DNA from: an uncultured archaeon
Lineage (GTDB): Archaea > EX4484-52 > JAADEF01
Assembly: GCA_964407715.1 (NCBI GenBank)
Contig: CAYOWP010000007.1
Coordinates: forward strand, 1 to 60,473
Length of the DNA stretch: 60,473 nucleotides
Reading direction: 5' to 3'
Of the stretch, positions 40,807 to 51,733 are shown piece by piece. Numbering within the stretch: position 1 is the stretch's first letter; each line of letters begins with the position of its first letter. The translations under genes were made by a program, and so were the position numbers. Under the pieces are notes generated by a model, which searched no databases, was not told the origin of the DNA, and worked only from the letters and a program-made list of their open reading frames with translations.

Positions 40807-42789
40807 CTATATGGAGAGATATTCCCCCTCTCTTTTTATATACTCAATTAGTCCTTTATATATTTTATCTTTACTTAATGTCTTTTCATTTCCAATAACT
40901 ATCATTTTTTTCCTAGCGCGTGTTATTGCTACATTCAATCTTCTATAATCAGATAAAAATCCTATATTCTTTTTAATATTTCCTCTAACCAAACTTAAAA
41001 TAATGATTTCTTTTTCCCTCCCTTGGAAACCATCAATTGTTTTAACCTCTAAATTATTATATTTTCTAAGGATTTTTTTAATAGTTTCAACTTGATCCTT
41101 ATAAGGTGAAATAATTCCAATATCTTCCTCTCTATACCTTTTTAGAAGATCCTCAACAATTCTTTTTACTAACTCGGCTTCTTTATAATTTAAAAATGAA
41201 GTGCTATTACACTTTTTTGTTTCATGAGCATTGACATTTACAAATGTGATAGGAATGGAAGATACAAATCCATTGTACTCTTCTATCACATGATCCCTTA
41301 TACTTTCATGTGCAATTAAGTTGTTGGAATAGAACATTTCATTTGAGAAATTCATGATTTTTTCATTCATTCTATACTGGACCTTAAGCATAATTGAAAG
41401 ATGAGGATATAAAGAAATCAGCCTTTCAAACAAACTCTTTTCTAAACCCTCTCTTTTTGCTTTCTCGCTAAGGATAGTAGGGGGTAATTGCTTATGATCC
41501 CCAGCTAATATAAGGTTTTTACCTTTTATCAATGGCACTAAGGATGATGGCTCAGTAGCTTGTGTGGACTCATCTATCATAACAACATCAAAATCCACGT
41601 TTCTAAGTATTTCACTACCTGCTGTGGAATTTGTTGTAAATACTACCTGTGAGCTATTTATAATTTCATTGATTATTTTATCTCTCTTTTTATTGATTTT
41701 GCTTTTCAACAATTCTATTTCTCTTTTGAGTTTGATATATTTTGCCATACTTTTTATTCTCTTCAAAGGTAACCCTCTAAGTGATTTTCCAATTATAGAT
41801 AACTTCAAAATATCATCAAAACTTAGACCTCTTCTGTTTGACATCGTAGGTTTTACACACCTTGCAATTTCTCTTTCCCTTTTCTCTATTTCCTGATATA
41901 GCTTCATAGTCTCTTCATCATTGAGAATCTTGCTTACCTTATAATCCAAAGTTTTTTCTATGATGTTCTTATTTATTCGTGAGATACTTCCTATTCTTAC
42001 ATATTCTATGCCAAATTGATCAGCATATATACTAAATTTTTCTATGAAATTATCAACTGCCGTATTGGAGTCGGCTGTTACCAATATCTTATTTCCTTCC
42101 TTAACCAATTGCATAGCAATCTCAACTAATGTTGTTGTTTTTCCTGTGCCAGGAGGTCCATGGATTAGATATAGAACCTCGGAAGATAATGCTTTTATAA
42201 CTGCCTCTTTTTGAGTTTCATTTAGGTTTTCATTATAAAATTCCACTTTTTTATTCTGCTTTTCTTTTAGAGAGATTTGCTTTTGACCAAAAAGTATCTC
42301 TAATGGAAATAAACTTTTCTTTGCGCGTACATTTGAGAATGCCTCTTTTATTCTTCTATACGTGACCTCATTGATATATAAATCAAGACGATATTTTTTG
42401 TGTTTATTCAAGATTATCTTTGAAGGAAGTTTATCGAAAAGAAGCACAACTATGTTTTTACCTATAAAATCCACGTTTCCTTGAATGCCATGCTCTATAG
42501 GGCTCTCGTCCTCAGATGAAATAAGCACTACATCTCCTTCCTTGATTTCAGTATCCTTAATCTCTTTGTTTCTTTTTAAGTAGATAAGATATTTCCCTAA
42601 GCTATTTATTTCCTTTTTATAGAACTTTAGACCTGTGATACACCTTCCAAGTTTCTCTCTTTGTTTTGCACTAAGTTTTACAATTTCCTCTTCATGAAAT
42701 TTCATCTCTTCTTGTCTCTCTATTTCAATTAATCGTGAGAAATAGCTCACATACTCCTTCTCATGCAAGAATTTATTTCTCCTTATCAT
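40807..42789 (-). CDS. IGHMBP2/Upf1-like SF1 helicase
   Basis: HGPPGTGKT, DESTQATEP, GDHKQLPP, QYRM, DGFQGREK, RRLNVAITRA. Confidence 0.93.
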   Translation of the reverse strand: MIRRNKFLHEKEYVSYFSRLIEIERQEEMKFHEEEIVKLSAKQREKLGRCITGLKFYKKEINSLGKYLIYLKRNKEIKDTEIKEGDVVLISSEDESPIEHGIQGNVDFIGKNIVVLLFDKLPSKIILNKHKKYRLDLYINEVTYRRIKEAFSNVRAKKSLFPLEILFGQKQISLKEKQNKKVEFYNENLNETQKEAVIKALSSEVLYLIHGPPGTGKTTTLVEIAMQLVKEGNKILVTADSNTAVDNFIEKFSIYADQFGIEYVRIGSISRINKNIIEKTLDYKVSKILNDEETMKLYQEIEKREREIARCVKPTMSNRRGLSFDDILKLSIIGKSLRGLPLKRIKSMAKYIKLKREIELLKSKINKKRDKIINEIINSSQVVFTTNSTAGSEILRNVDFDVVMIDESTQATEPSSLVPLIKGKNLILAGDHKQLPPTILSEKAKREGLEKSLFERLISLYPHLSIMLKVQYRMNEKIMNFSNEMFYSNNLIAHESIRDHVIEEYNGFVSSIPITFVNVNAHETKKCNSTSFLNYKEAELVKRIVEDLLKRYREEDIGIISPYKDQVETIKKILRKYNNLEVKTIDGFQGREKEIIILSLVRGNIKKNIGFLSDYRRLNVAITRARKKMIVIGNEKTLSKDKIYKGLIEYIKREGEYLSI

Positions 42790-42823
42790 GTAGATTTACC
42801 TTATCTTCAAATCATGCATGTTA

Positions 42824-42991
42824 TTAAGGACCTGTAAAGCCGCATTTTGGACAAGTATATGAATTACCATGCGCTTTACAGGTTTCGCATCTCATGATAA
42901 CAACTTCTTTACATGAAGGACATTTAAATACGGAATAGTGAGATCCTACATATATATTTCCACCACATGATGTGCATTTCCCTATTATCAT
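42824..42991 (-). CDS. Small double zinc-finger protein (DUF1610 type), missing from the ORF track
   Basis: Manual translation gives MIIGKCTSCGGNIYVGSHYSVFKCPSCKEVVIMRCETCKAHGNSYTCPKCGFTGP* (55 aa) with a GGTGA SD. Confidence 0.88.
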   Translation of the reverse strand: MIIGKCTSCGGNIYVGSHYSVFKCPSCKEVVIMRCETCKAHGNSYTCPKCGFTGP

Positions 42992-43010
42992 TCTTCTCAC
43001 CTTTTAGAGG

Positions 43011-43280
43011 CTATTTTAATATTCCAATCATAAATACTGTGAAAGGTTTCCCAAGCTTTGTACCTATTTGCTTGCTGTTTTCCTCTAACTCAACCAACTC
43101 AATCCCTAATGCCTTTGCAATTATTTTTGCTTCGTTTTTTAATTCTTTTGGAGCATTGCTTGCAATGAAAATTGATTTTAATTTATTGTTTTTTGCAAAT
43201 TTCAATGTTCTTTCACTTCCTATAATGAGCTTGTTTTTTTCTAAAAGGCCCTTTATATTTAATTTCTCAAGTTTAGTCAT
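43011..43280 (-). CDS. rpl30e: 50S ribosomal protein eL30
   Basis: IIGSERTLK..IFIASNAP..IGTKLGKPF. Confidence 0.88.
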   Translation of the reverse strand: MTKLEKLNIKGLLEKNKLIIGSERTLKFAKNNKLKSIFIASNAPKELKNEAKIIAKALGIELVELEENSKQIGTKLGKPFTVFMIGILK

Positions 43281-43339
43281 GCTCTCTCCCCGATGCCCTA
43301 TTTTTAAAATAGTGAAGGTATAAATTTAAAAAGATTAAA

Positions 43340-43969
43340 GGTTAACGCGAGAATGCTATTCAAAGAATAGGAATTTTTGAGAGTTAGCATGCGAAGATAT
43401 CGCTATCACTGAGGTATGGAAAGAAAGAGAAGGATGCAAATCTCTTTTTAAGGTTAGCTGCTTCAAAAACGCTCATAAAGGTTAGCTGTTGTTGGACTGT
43501 CTCTTACGAGGTTAGACTTCCCGTTAACCATTTTTTATTTTTTAAGGAATATGGTTAACGCGAGGAATAGCCATTCCAAAGGTTCTTGAGCATGGTACCT
43601 CTTGAAGGGGTTAGCTGCTTTTGAACCTCATCAAAAGGTTAGCTGCTGTGATGTGCTATTGATAAGGTATGGTTCCCGTTAACCATTCTTTATTTTTTAA
43701 AAATAATTGGTTAACGCGAGGAAATCGCTTTCCAAAGGTTCTGAAGCATGGTACCTCTTGAAGGGGTTAGCTGCTTTTGAACCTCATCAAAAGGTTAGCT
43801 GCTGTGATGTGCTATTGATGAGGTATGGTTCCCGTTAACCATTCTTTATTTTTAAAAATAATTGGTTAACGGGAGAATATCGGTAACATAAAGGGTTTTC
43901 AGCATGCTAATCGCTTAGAAAGGTTAGCTGCTCTAATCTGCTATTGATGAGGTACACTTCCAGTTAACA
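43340..43969. repeat. Palindromic-unit tandem array 4 (4 units)
   Basis: Units at 43340-43530, 43552-43685, 43708-43841 and 43863-43969. Units 2 and 3 are nearly identical with a 156-bp period. Confidence 0.92.
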
Positions 43970-44000
43970 AACTATTTCAAAAATTTAATCAATAATATTT

Positions 44001-46730
44001 TTATATTTCAATCACAATTATGAACTCAAAACCTTTGTACTTATATGCTAAATAGACATTTCCTCCTCTATTGATAATGTATTTTGTTTTGCAAAGATAA
44101 AGGTTTTTAAGATTGGTGTTTCCATCAGAGCATAAGCAACCTGTAGAAATGCTTTGGGATTTATCTTCAACTTCCTCCTTTATTTCAACATTTTTTATCT
44201 CTAAGGATATCTCATTTTTGTAATCCTGAAGTATCTTTTCCACTTCTTCCTTTAACTCATCTTCTTGAATTCTTTTCAAAGGATTTGGAGCAAATTCACA
44301 TTTACCGCATTGAAGTGTTTCAAATTCAAACTCATTCTCTTTTATTTCATTTATTCTAGTTTTTATCCTTTTCCTTATCTCTATAAGCGTATCTTTATGC
44401 TCTTGTAAATTATTAATTGCATCTTCATAATCCTTAAAAATTGCATTTTTAGAATGTAAATCAAAAAAGGGATAATATGTTGCATCATAATTCTCAAATT
44501 TTTTCTTTAGAGGAGCATTAAAGAGAGCAATACCTAAGCCATTTGAGAAATTGTAAACATAAGCATCATATGACATCTCTCCAAAATCAGCATAATAGCA
44601 TGAGGATAGATAATCTGGTGGTTTGTCCTTCATCATTTGTGACATGTATAGCAGAGTTAAAGCTACCTTTTTGATATCTAAAAACTTTGAGCAACTTTCT
44701 ATATCTATCAAATCAAAATCTTTGATGTTGGGTAGTATGTCTATAACATCTCCATACTTATATGCTATATCTTTAGAGAGGGATATCTTTATCATTCTTT
44801 CAGGATCAAAATTTCTTTTAAGGATAGCATATCCATTCATAGCAAGATTAAAGTCGAAAATTCTACTTGAAGATACAGCATAGTTACATGTTTCAGTAAT
44901 AAAGCTTAGCCCTAAGGACAATTTGAGATTCCCAACTAATTCCTTAACCATCACATCGCTCAGTGAAGGATAAGAGAGCATTCTATCAATAATGGAAACA
45001 TAATCATATTTCTTAAGATTCTTATAAATCTCTCTAAGAGATTTTAAGTCATCAACGCTTTTTATTTTTCCTTTAAGAAGGATATCCTTTGCCTTATCTA
45101 AGTCCTTCTCCTCTATTCCCATGTCCTTTAAAAGAGAATCAACATTTTCCAGTTTTTCTTTATTAAATATCTCTATTGTGCCATCAAGAATCCCAAAACT
45201 TTCCATTCTTTCATATCCCACTTTGACATCATATGAAGGAGAAAAGGAAATCTCTGTTGTATCCATAATCTCCATTAGTGTTTTATATTTCTTCAAATTG
45301 ACACATCTTTTATAAGCATCCTCAAGCTCTGAGAGAGAATATAAATTTGATGACCACTTATACATATCATTTATAAAATTGATATCAAGATACTCATATT
45401 CCATATCTAAAATTATTTTGAGATCATTATCATCTATACCGAATTTTTTGTATTCATTAATATGTTTTTTAATAGATGTGATATCCACTCCTGAAATGCC
45501 AAGTTGTGATGTCTTGGATTCTATCTCATCTATAAGATGTGAGCTATCCCAACGTGAGAGTTCATCCAGAGAGTGTTGATCAAGTAGAGCCTCTAATACC
45601 TCTCTCTCTTCTTTCTTTAATGAGGAAGTGTATTTCAAGATTTCATCTGCATCATCATATTTATTAAAGATTTCCATAACTTCAGAACTAAAGAAACTGT
45701 TAACATTTAAGCTGGTCTTGTCGATTAATTCTCCAAGTTCATATATTTTTTCTTTATCTATTCCTTCAATTTTTTCTTTTTCTATAATTTGTGAAATAGC
45801 ATCTTTGACATCTCCTCCTTTTGCGAGGGCATCATAAAGAATTTTCTTCTCATTATCATTCAGCGATGATATTTGATGGACAATGTTTTTTCTGATTTCC
45901 TCTTTAAGGAAAAGAAAATTGCTCAGCTTTTCTCTAATTTCTTCATAACCATTAATTTCATTATTGAGGTTTAACATATCTATGATTTCAACTCTCTTAC
46001 CAAAGAGATTTTTTAATTCATTTAAGAAGGTATTAAGTTTTTCCTGAGGTAAAGAAAGAAATTGGATTGGAAAATCTATATTATTAACTAAACTTAGAAG
46101 ATTAAATTCTAAGAATCTCACGTCGATGGGTTTTGAGTACTCATTTATTATAAATGGATATTCGCTTTTGATGATGCATTCTCCAGATCTTAAATTGAAC
46201 GCATATATTTTCACTTTATTGTTATATTTTCTATTAAATACGATTTCATATTCACACTTCTCAAGAGTTATCTTATCGGAAGGATTTGAGAATATCACTA
46301 TCCCTTTTGATGACGAATGAGTAGTATATGGGGATTTAAGAACTACTCTGCTTCTTAAAAGTAATGGAGAAAAAAAGATACCTTTATCATTTACCCTTGC
46401 TATTACATAATGCCCATCATATACCTCAATATTGTTGTATTTATAACTTCCTTTAGTACAGAACATACCTGAAGATTTAAGAGAATTTCCAAGGTTATAA
46501 ATCAAAAAATCTTTTGAATACAATCCATATTTTATATTTTCGATTTCGTATTTTTCCATATCACGAATATCTTCAAAGATTTGATTTACAAAAGGATCTC
46601 TCATCTTTACAGAGGATTGCATATATTTGAATAGGAGAGAATACGTAATAGCAACACCAACAACCACAGCCAATCCTAAAATTGACACAAAACCTTTAAA
46701 AAATAATCTCTTAAAGTATTTATTTTCCAT
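44001..46730 (-). CDS. Large membrane-anchored protein with pilin-like N-terminus
   Basis: KG/FVSILGLAVVVGVAITY followed by a 909-aa body. Confidence 0.75.
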   Translation of the reverse strand: MENKYFKRLFFKGFVSILGLAVVVGVAITYSLLFKYMQSSVKMRDPFVNQIFEDIRDMEKYEIENIKYGLYSKDFLIYNLGNSLKSSGMFCTKGSYKYNNIEVYDGHYVIARVNDKGIFFSPLLLRSRVVLKSPYTTHSSSKGIVIFSNPSDKITLEKCEYEIVFNRKYNNKVKIYAFNLRSGECIIKSEYPFIINEYSKPIDVRFLEFNLLSLVNNIDFPIQFLSLPQEKLNTFLNELKNLFGKRVEIIDMLNLNNEINGYEEIREKLSNFLFLKEEIRKNIVHQISSLNDNEKKILYDALAKGGDVKDAISQIIEKEKIEGIDKEKIYELGELIDKTSLNVNSFFSSEVMEIFNKYDDADEILKYTSSLKKEEREVLEALLDQHSLDELSRWDSSHLIDEIESKTSQLGISGVDITSIKKHINEYKKFGIDDNDLKIILDMEYEYLDINFINDMYKWSSNLYSLSELEDAYKRCVNLKKYKTLMEIMDTTEISFSPSYDVKVGYERMESFGILDGTIEIFNKEKLENVDSLLKDMGIEEKDLDKAKDILLKGKIKSVDDLKSLREIYKNLKKYDYVSIIDRMLSYPSLSDVMVKELVGNLKLSLGLSFITETCNYAVSSSRIFDFNLAMNGYAILKRNFDPERMIKISLSKDIAYKYGDVIDILPNIKDFDLIDIESCSKFLDIKKVALTLLYMSQMMKDKPPDYLSSCYYADFGEMSYDAYVYNFSNGLGIALFNAPLKKKFENYDATYYPFFDLHSKNAIFKDYEDAINNLQEHKDTLIEIRKRIKTRINEIKENEFEFETLQCGKCEFAPNPLKRIQEDELKEEVEKILQDYKNEISLEIKNVEIKEEVEDKSQSISTGCLCSDGNTNLKNLYLCKTKYIINRGGNVYLAYKYKGFEFIIVIEI

Positions 46731-47211
46731 ATCCTACCTCCACGCTTAATGTAACTCTTTTAGGAGTATAGATATCTATAAAATATCTCTCTGAAATTGA
46801 TGTTTCTCCTTCTCCATTATAAGAAAATATTACATCTCTATTGAGATATAAAATTGTAAAATACGTTACACGCATAGCTCCTTTATTGTTATACTTGTCA
46901 AGGTACGTTTTCATACATTTTCTTATCTCCTCTTTTTGATTCTCATTTATATCTGAAAGTAGAGCATATAAAAAATTCTCATTAATATTTAGGATGCGAT
47001 GTGTGCATGACTCATCTAAAATTACTGCATCTAAAAGAAAAGAATCATATCTTACCCCCTCATCAAATCCCGGCGCAATATGAGAGCGAGTAATAAAATT
47101 CTTAAGTTTTATTAATTTGAGAACTCCATAAAAAACCAAAGTTAAAAAAAGCACTATAAGGAGAACAACTGGAAGTGCTATCATTCCTTTTCTAATTTTT
47201 TTCCATCTCAT
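46720..47211 (-). CDS. Pilin-like protein
   Basis: RKG/MIALPVVLLIVLFL, resembling a class III signal peptide. Confidence 0.7.
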   Translation of the reverse strand: MRWKKIRKGMIALPVVLLIVLFLTLVFYGVLKLIKLKNFITRSHIAPGFDEGVRYDSFLLDAVILDESCTHRILNINENFLYALLSDINENQKEEIRKCMKTYLDKYNNKGAMRVTYFTILYLNRDVIFSYNGEGETSISERYFIDIYTPKRVTLSVEVGYGK

Positions 47212-47675
47212 TTGCCAACACCTATCTCAAGCCATCCAAAATTTTTTAGTCCATTATACTCAATTAATAGTGGAGTTCTATAGATAATCTTATATTCCTT
47301 TCCACCAGGGATATTCAATAATGTGGATTCACCCCCTGTGTCTGTGATATGATAAATTTTGACATGATAATTATTAGGAATTGAAATATGAAGACAATTC
47401 TCAAAGTTCTCATATCCTTTACCACATTTTTTGATGAAGGTTTCAGGTATATAATAGGATCCGTTTAAGTAGTATATCTCGTGAATGGACGATAATATAG
47501 CATTCAAGATTAGATATTGATCAACATTATATTCTTTAGTAACCTTTACTGTATTTCGTACAGCCATTATGCCGATACCTATAGATAATGCAAAAATAAG
47601 GATATATATAATACCTGCCATTATCTCTCCAAACTCATGTGATGAATCGCTTCCCATTATGAATCCCCTCAACAT
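47208..47675 (-). CDS. Pilin-like protein
   Basis: MLRG/F followed by a TM helix; overlaps its neighbours. Confidence 0.65.
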   Translation of the reverse strand: MLRGFIMGSDSSHEFGEIMAGIIYILIFALSIGIGIMAVRNTVKVTKEYNVDQYLILNAILSSIHEIYYLNGSYYIPETFIKKCGKGYENFENCLHISIPNNYHVKIYHITDTGGESTLLNIPGGKEYKIIYRTPLLIEYNGLKNFGWLEIGVGK

Positions 47676-48067
47676 AACTTAATATGTCCTTTTTCTTTTT
47701 TAACACAAAAATCGATTCCTTCATATGTTGATGGTTTTACATTGTTTAAGTTGTGTTTCAGTGAGATGAAATTCTTGGAAGATTTGCAACTTCCTTTATA
47801 ATAAATAATAATGTTTTCATTGGAAAGAAAATATTTGAAGTGATCTCCTATTTTCATAGAAAAAGTACCTTCATCTAATCGATTTACAGCATATAATGCA
47901 TTTAATATGTGTAATGCAAACTCTTCATAGTGTTTTTCAACTAAATCACAGGAAAAAGTGAAGTTATATTTTTCTGAAACAGTAAATATCACTCCCAAAA
48001 CAACGACAATTCCTGCCGCGATTATCAAATATGAACTTCCACTCTTTTTTCTCTCTAAAATCCCCAT
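47669..48067 (-). CDS. Pilin-like protein
   Basis: RKKSG/SSYLIIAAGIVVVLGVIF. Confidence 0.65.
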   Translation of the reverse strand: MGILERKKSGSSYLIIAAGIVVVLGVIFTVSEKYNFTFSCDLVEKHYEEFALHILNALYAVNRLDEGTFSMKIGDHFKYFLSNENIIIYYKGSCKSSKNFISLKHNLNNVKPSTYEGIDFCVKKEKGHIKLC

Positions 48068-48156
48068 AATATTATTTTATAGTGTTTAGGAATATAATAA
48101 AATACAGAAATTTCGAAATATATTTGTTTCATTTAAAGTTTGGTTTTGGACATTCT

Positions 48157-48285
48157 TTTCCGGTAACAAAATTTTTAAAATTGGTTATCTGGAAGAAGTT
48201 GCTTTTTTCAAGTATATAAAAGGAATGATACCTTATTTTGTGGGTTAGATGCTTTTTACCACTATAAAAAGCTAGTTCTCAAGTT
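48157..48285. repeat. Decayed palindromic-unit remnant
   Basis: TTTTCCGGTAACAA-AT spacer-TTGGTTATCTGGAAGA is a degenerate junction, followed by GGTTAGATGC. Confidence 0.55.
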
Positions 48286-48365
48286 GTTTTGAAAAACTAC
48301 AAATTTTTTAAATATAACGGGTTTTTAGAGATATTTAACTAATATTCGGGAGATGAGGTTATCAT

Positions 48366-48923
48366 ATGGTTACAAGAGCAGATGAAAAGGGAAAAGATAC
48401 CAAACAAAAAAAAGAAAATCCGATGAGAAAAATAAGAATAGAGAAGGTCACATTAAATATAGGAGTTAAACAACCTCAAGATGCTGAAAAAGCATATAAA
48501 TTATTGGAGAAAATAACAAATAGAAAACCCATTTATACCATAGCAACACGAAGAGCAAGGACATTTAAAGTAAGGAGAGGATTGCCAATAGGTGCTAAGA
48601 TAACATTACGTAAAGAATATGCAGAGGAAATACTAAAAAAATTATTTGAGGCAAAGGACAATAAGATAAAAGAAAGTAACTTTGATGAATATGGAAATTT
48701 TGGATTTGGAATAGAGGAATACTTAGAAATTCCAGGAATAAAATATGACCCATCCATAGGAGTTATGGGATTAGATGTATTTGTGAACCTTGAGAGACCT
48801 GGATATAGAGTCAAAAGAAGAAAATACAGAAAATCAAAGATAGGCAAGAATCATTTGATAACAAAAGAAGAAGCCATTGAATTTATAAAAAATAAATTTA
48901 ATGTTCAAATACTAAGAGAATAG
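48366..48923 (+). CDS. rpl5: 50S ribosomal protein uL5
   Basis: NPMRKIRIEKVTLNIGV, GNFGFGI, YDPSIGVMGLDV. Confidence 0.97.
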   Translation: MVTRADEKGKDTKQKKENPMRKIRIEKVTLNIGVKQPQDAEKAYKLLEKITNRKPIYTIATRRARTFKVRRGLPIGAKITLRKEYAEEILKKLFEAKDNKIKESNFDEYGNFGFGIEEYLEIPGIKYDPSIGVMGLDVFVNLERPGYRVKRRKYRKSKIGKNHLITKEEAIEFIKNKFNVQILRE

Positions 48924-48946
48924 GTGTAATCATGAGGGGATGAAAT

Positions 48947-49177
48947 ATGGCATCACATCCAGAAAGAATGCTAAGGCAGATCGAACACAAACCCGGAAAA
49001 AAAGCAGTATTTATAAAACATAATATGCCAAAAAAGAGAAAGACAGGTTTTGTGACATCTGTTTGTATTAGATGTGGAAGAAAAGGATGGGGACATACTG
49101 GGAAGTATGGTTTGCAATATTGCAGGATTTGTTTTAGAGAAATTGCAAAAGAATTAGGATTTGAAAAATATATGTAA
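48947..49177 (+). CDS. rps14: 30S ribosomal protein uS14 (Zn-binding, N-terminally extended)
   Basis: CIRCG...[21 protein letters not shown]. Confidence 0.93.
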   Translation: MASHPERMLRQIEHKPGKKAVFIKHNMPKKRKTGFVTSVCIRCGRKGWGHTGKYGLQYCRICFREIAKELGFEKYM

Positions 49178-49193
49178 TTGCGGTGAGGTGGAA

Positions 49194-49583
49194 ATGGGAA
49201 CAAAACTTTTGGCAGATGCATTATCGGCTATAAGGAATGGCATTCTTCATGGAAAAAAGAAGGTGATATTGAAAAATAAATATTCAAGGTTGCTCATGAA
49301 TGTGTTGGAGGTTATGAAAAAGCATGGATATGTGGAGGATTATAAGATATTAGATGAGTCAAGGGGTAAAGTTATAGAGGTTACTTTATCTGAATATCTA
49401 AATGAATGCAAGGCTATCCTTCCAAGATTTTTCATAAAGAAAAATGAATATTTAGAATGGGAAAAGCAGTTTTTACCTGCAGTAGATACAGGCATCTTAA
49501 TAGTGTCCACATCTCGCGGTGTAATGACGAACAAGGAAGCTAAGGGCAAGATAGGTGGTGCATTGATAGCATATGTATATTAA
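49194..49583 (+). CDS. rps8: 30S ribosomal protein uS8
   Basis: [34 protein letters not shown]. The start follows SD GAGGTG. Confidence 0.96.
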   Translation: MGTKLLADALSAIRNGILHGKKKVILKNKYSRLLMNVLEVMKKHGYVEDYKILDESRGKVIEVTLSEYLNECKAILPRFFIKKNEYLEWEKQFLPAVDTGILIVSTSRGVMTNKEAKGKIGGALIAYVY

Positions 49584-49599
49584 TATTATGGGGGTTATA

Positions 49600-50178
49600 A
49601 TGGCGAGTACAACCTCTAAAGGAAGTGATAAAAGCAAGGGTGATGGATATAATGTAATGTTAGAGATTCCTGACGGTATTGATGTGAAATATGAAAACAA
49701 TATTTTAGAAGTTAAAGGCGAAAAAGGTACGTTAATAAGAAAATTTTTCCATCCTAGAATTGTCATTTCAATAGAGGATAACAAAATTAATATAGAGTAT
49801 AAAGATAAAAAGTTAAGGAGAAAGGATAAAGCTATAATGCATACATGGAGGGCGCATATTAGAAATATGTTTAAGGGAGTCACTAAAGGTTACAAATATA
49901 AGTTAAAGATATATTATAGTCACTTTCCTATGACAGTTAAGGTTGAGGGAGATAAGGTTGTTATCTCAAACTTTCTTGGTGAAAAGGGAAATAGATATGC
50001 AAAGATACTTGATGGAGTAAAGGTTGAGGTTAAAGGTGACGAGGTTATTGTGAGTGGTATAGATAAAGAAAAGGTTGGACAAACGGCAGCAAATATAGAG
50101 TTAGCAACAAAAAATAAATCAGGTAGGGATCCAAGAAAGTTTGCAGACGGAATTTATATTATTTACAAGGATAGGTGA
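49600..50178 (+). CDS. rpl6: 50S ribosomal protein uL6
   Basis: [33 protein letters not shown]. Confidence 0.96.
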   Translation: MASTTSKGSDKSKGDGYNVMLEIPDGIDVKYENNILEVKGEKGTLIRKFFHPRIVISIEDNKINIEYKDKKLRRKDKAIMHTWRAHIRNMFKGVTKGYKYKLKIYYSHFPMTVKVEGDKVVISNFLGEKGNRYAKILDGVKVEVKGDEVIVSGIDKEKVGQTAANIELATKNKSGRDPRKFADGIYIIYKDR

Positions 50179-50186
50179 TATGAACT

Positions 50187-50759
50187 ATGCCAGGTCCATT
50201 TAAGCAGTTGGTGGAGATAAGAGCAAGATTGAAGGAGAGAATACCTAAGTTTTTGAGAGTTAACTATGCACGTTATAAGAGGATAAAGGACTCTTGGAGA
50301 AAACAAAGGGGAAGGGATAATAAAATAAGAAAAAGCATAAAAGGAGCTGGTGCCAAGGTTTCAGTAGGATACGGAACTCCAAAAAATTTAAAACATATAC
50401 ATCCATCAGGATATAGGGAGATACTTATAAGGTCATTAAGGGATCTTGAGAATGTTGATCCAAAAACAGATGCGATAAGAATATCTTCTTCTATAGGATT
50501 AAAGAAAAGATTGGAGATCTTAAAGATAGCAAAAGAAAGAGGAATTCATGTGATAAATCCAAATGTGATATCAAGAGTAAGAGATAAAGGATATAGCAGC
50601 GTAAAGGAAATGTTAGAGGCCATGTCTTTATCATCTAAAAGGATTACTCAAAAGGAAGAGGAAGAGAAAAAAGAGGATAAGGAGGAGGAAAAGAAAGAAG
50701 AAAAACCAAAAAAATCTCAGAAAAAGAAAACTACTAAGGGTAAGAAATCAAATGAATGA
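50187..50759 (+). CDS. rpl32e: 50S ribosomal protein eL32 with charged C-terminal tail
   Basis: PKFLR..SWRKQRGRDNK..GYGTP..HPSGY. Confidence 0.94.
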   Translation: MPGPFKQLVEIRARLKERIPKFLRVNYARYKRIKDSWRKQRGRDNKIRKSIKGAGAKVSVGYGTPKNLKHIHPSGYREILIRSLRDLENVDPKTDAIRISSSIGLKKRLEILKIAKERGIHVINPNVISRVRDKGYSSVKEMLEAMSLSSKRITQKEEEEKKEDKEEEKKEEKPKKSQKKKTTKGKKSNE

Positions 50760-50773
50760 TATGTGGTGATTAT

Positions 50774-51229
50774 ATGAGGTTGGATTATCAAAGAAAACTT
50801 GCAGCGAAAATCCTAAAGGTTGGGCAAGATAGAGTGTGGTTTGATCCTGAGCACTTAGAAGAGATAAAAAATGCACTTACTAGGGAAAGCATAAGAATTC
50901 TGATTAATAAGGGATACATTGCCAAGAAACAAAAGAAGGGAGTAAGCAGGGTGAGAGCAAATTATATTGCTGAGCAAAAAAAGAAAGGAAGAAGAAAAGG
51001 ACCAGGAAGTAGAAGAGGTAAAAAAACAGCACGTATGCCAAAGAAGGAAAGTTGGATGAATAGGATAAGAGCTGTGAGGAGGCTTCTAAGAGAATTCAAA
51101 GAAAAAGGGATCATCACAAGATCTGAATATAGAATGCTTTATGGACAAGCATCTGCAGGTAGAATAAGATCAAAGGCATATTTAAAATTACTTATTAGCA
51201 AAATGAAGTCCCGAAAAGTTGAGGAATGA
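50774..51229 (+). CDS. rpl19e: 50S ribosomal protein eL19
   Basis: QRKLAAKILKVG..RVWFDP, GRRKGPGSRRG, WMNRIRA. Confidence 0.96.
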   Translation: MRLDYQRKLAAKILKVGQDRVWFDPEHLEEIKNALTRESIRILINKGYIAKKQKKGVSRVRANYIAEQKKKGRRKGPGSRRGKKTARMPKKESWMNRIRAVRRLLREFKEKGIITRSEYRMLYGQASAGRIRSKAYLKLLISKMKSRKVEE

Positions 51230-51239
51230 TGTTGAAAAA

Positions 51240-51731
51240 ATGGGAACCTCATCAGAATTTGATGTGGTGTATGCGGATGTTACCTTAAATCATGTATGTA
51301 AACTTCTTAGAATGTTAAATTTTCGTTGTGAAATTATCTCTTCTTTGACTTCACATTCATTAAAAGAAAGGGGAATTATCATAACGAGATCAAAGGAGAT
51401 ATATAAAAAGGCACAAGAATACAATCTCAAGAGCATATATCTAACCACAACCAATAAATATGAGATATTAAAACTGTTGATAGAAAAGTTCAATATAAAA
51501 ATAGATGTGGATTTAAAAAATCCAAGAAAATTTTGCTCTCTATGCGGAGGAACATTAAAAGTGATCAAGAATCCGTCAAAAGATATTCAACAAAAATACA
51601 AAATTCCTCCAAAAGCATCTCAATACCACACCACTTTCTTCATATGTGAAAAATGCAAAAAGAGTTATTGGTACGGCAAGCATTTGGAAAACATGTTGAG
51701 AGAGTTAAAGAAAAATGAGATAATAGGATAG
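51240..51731 (+). CDS. Mut7-C RNase-domain protein (PIN-like plus Zn ribbon)
   Basis: ADVTL..VCKLLRML, CSLCGG, CEKCKKSYWYGKH. Confidence 0.8.
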   Translation: MGTSSEFDVVYADVTLNHVCKLLRMLNFRCEIISSLTSHSLKERGIIITRSKEIYKKAQEYNLKSIYLTTTNKYEILKLLIEKFNIKIDVDLKNPRKFCSLCGGTLKVIKNPSKDIQQKYKIPPKASQYHTTFFICEKCKKSYWYGKHLENMLRELKKNEIIG

Positions 51732-51733
51732 TT

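Noticed and set aside
40718-40948. 76-aa ORF on the plus strand
   Set aside because: It is antisense to tRNA-Leu and the helicase 3' end.
43440-43930. Telomere-like GGTTAG words
   Set aside because: They are isolated motifs within the palindromic units, not tandem hexamer repeats.
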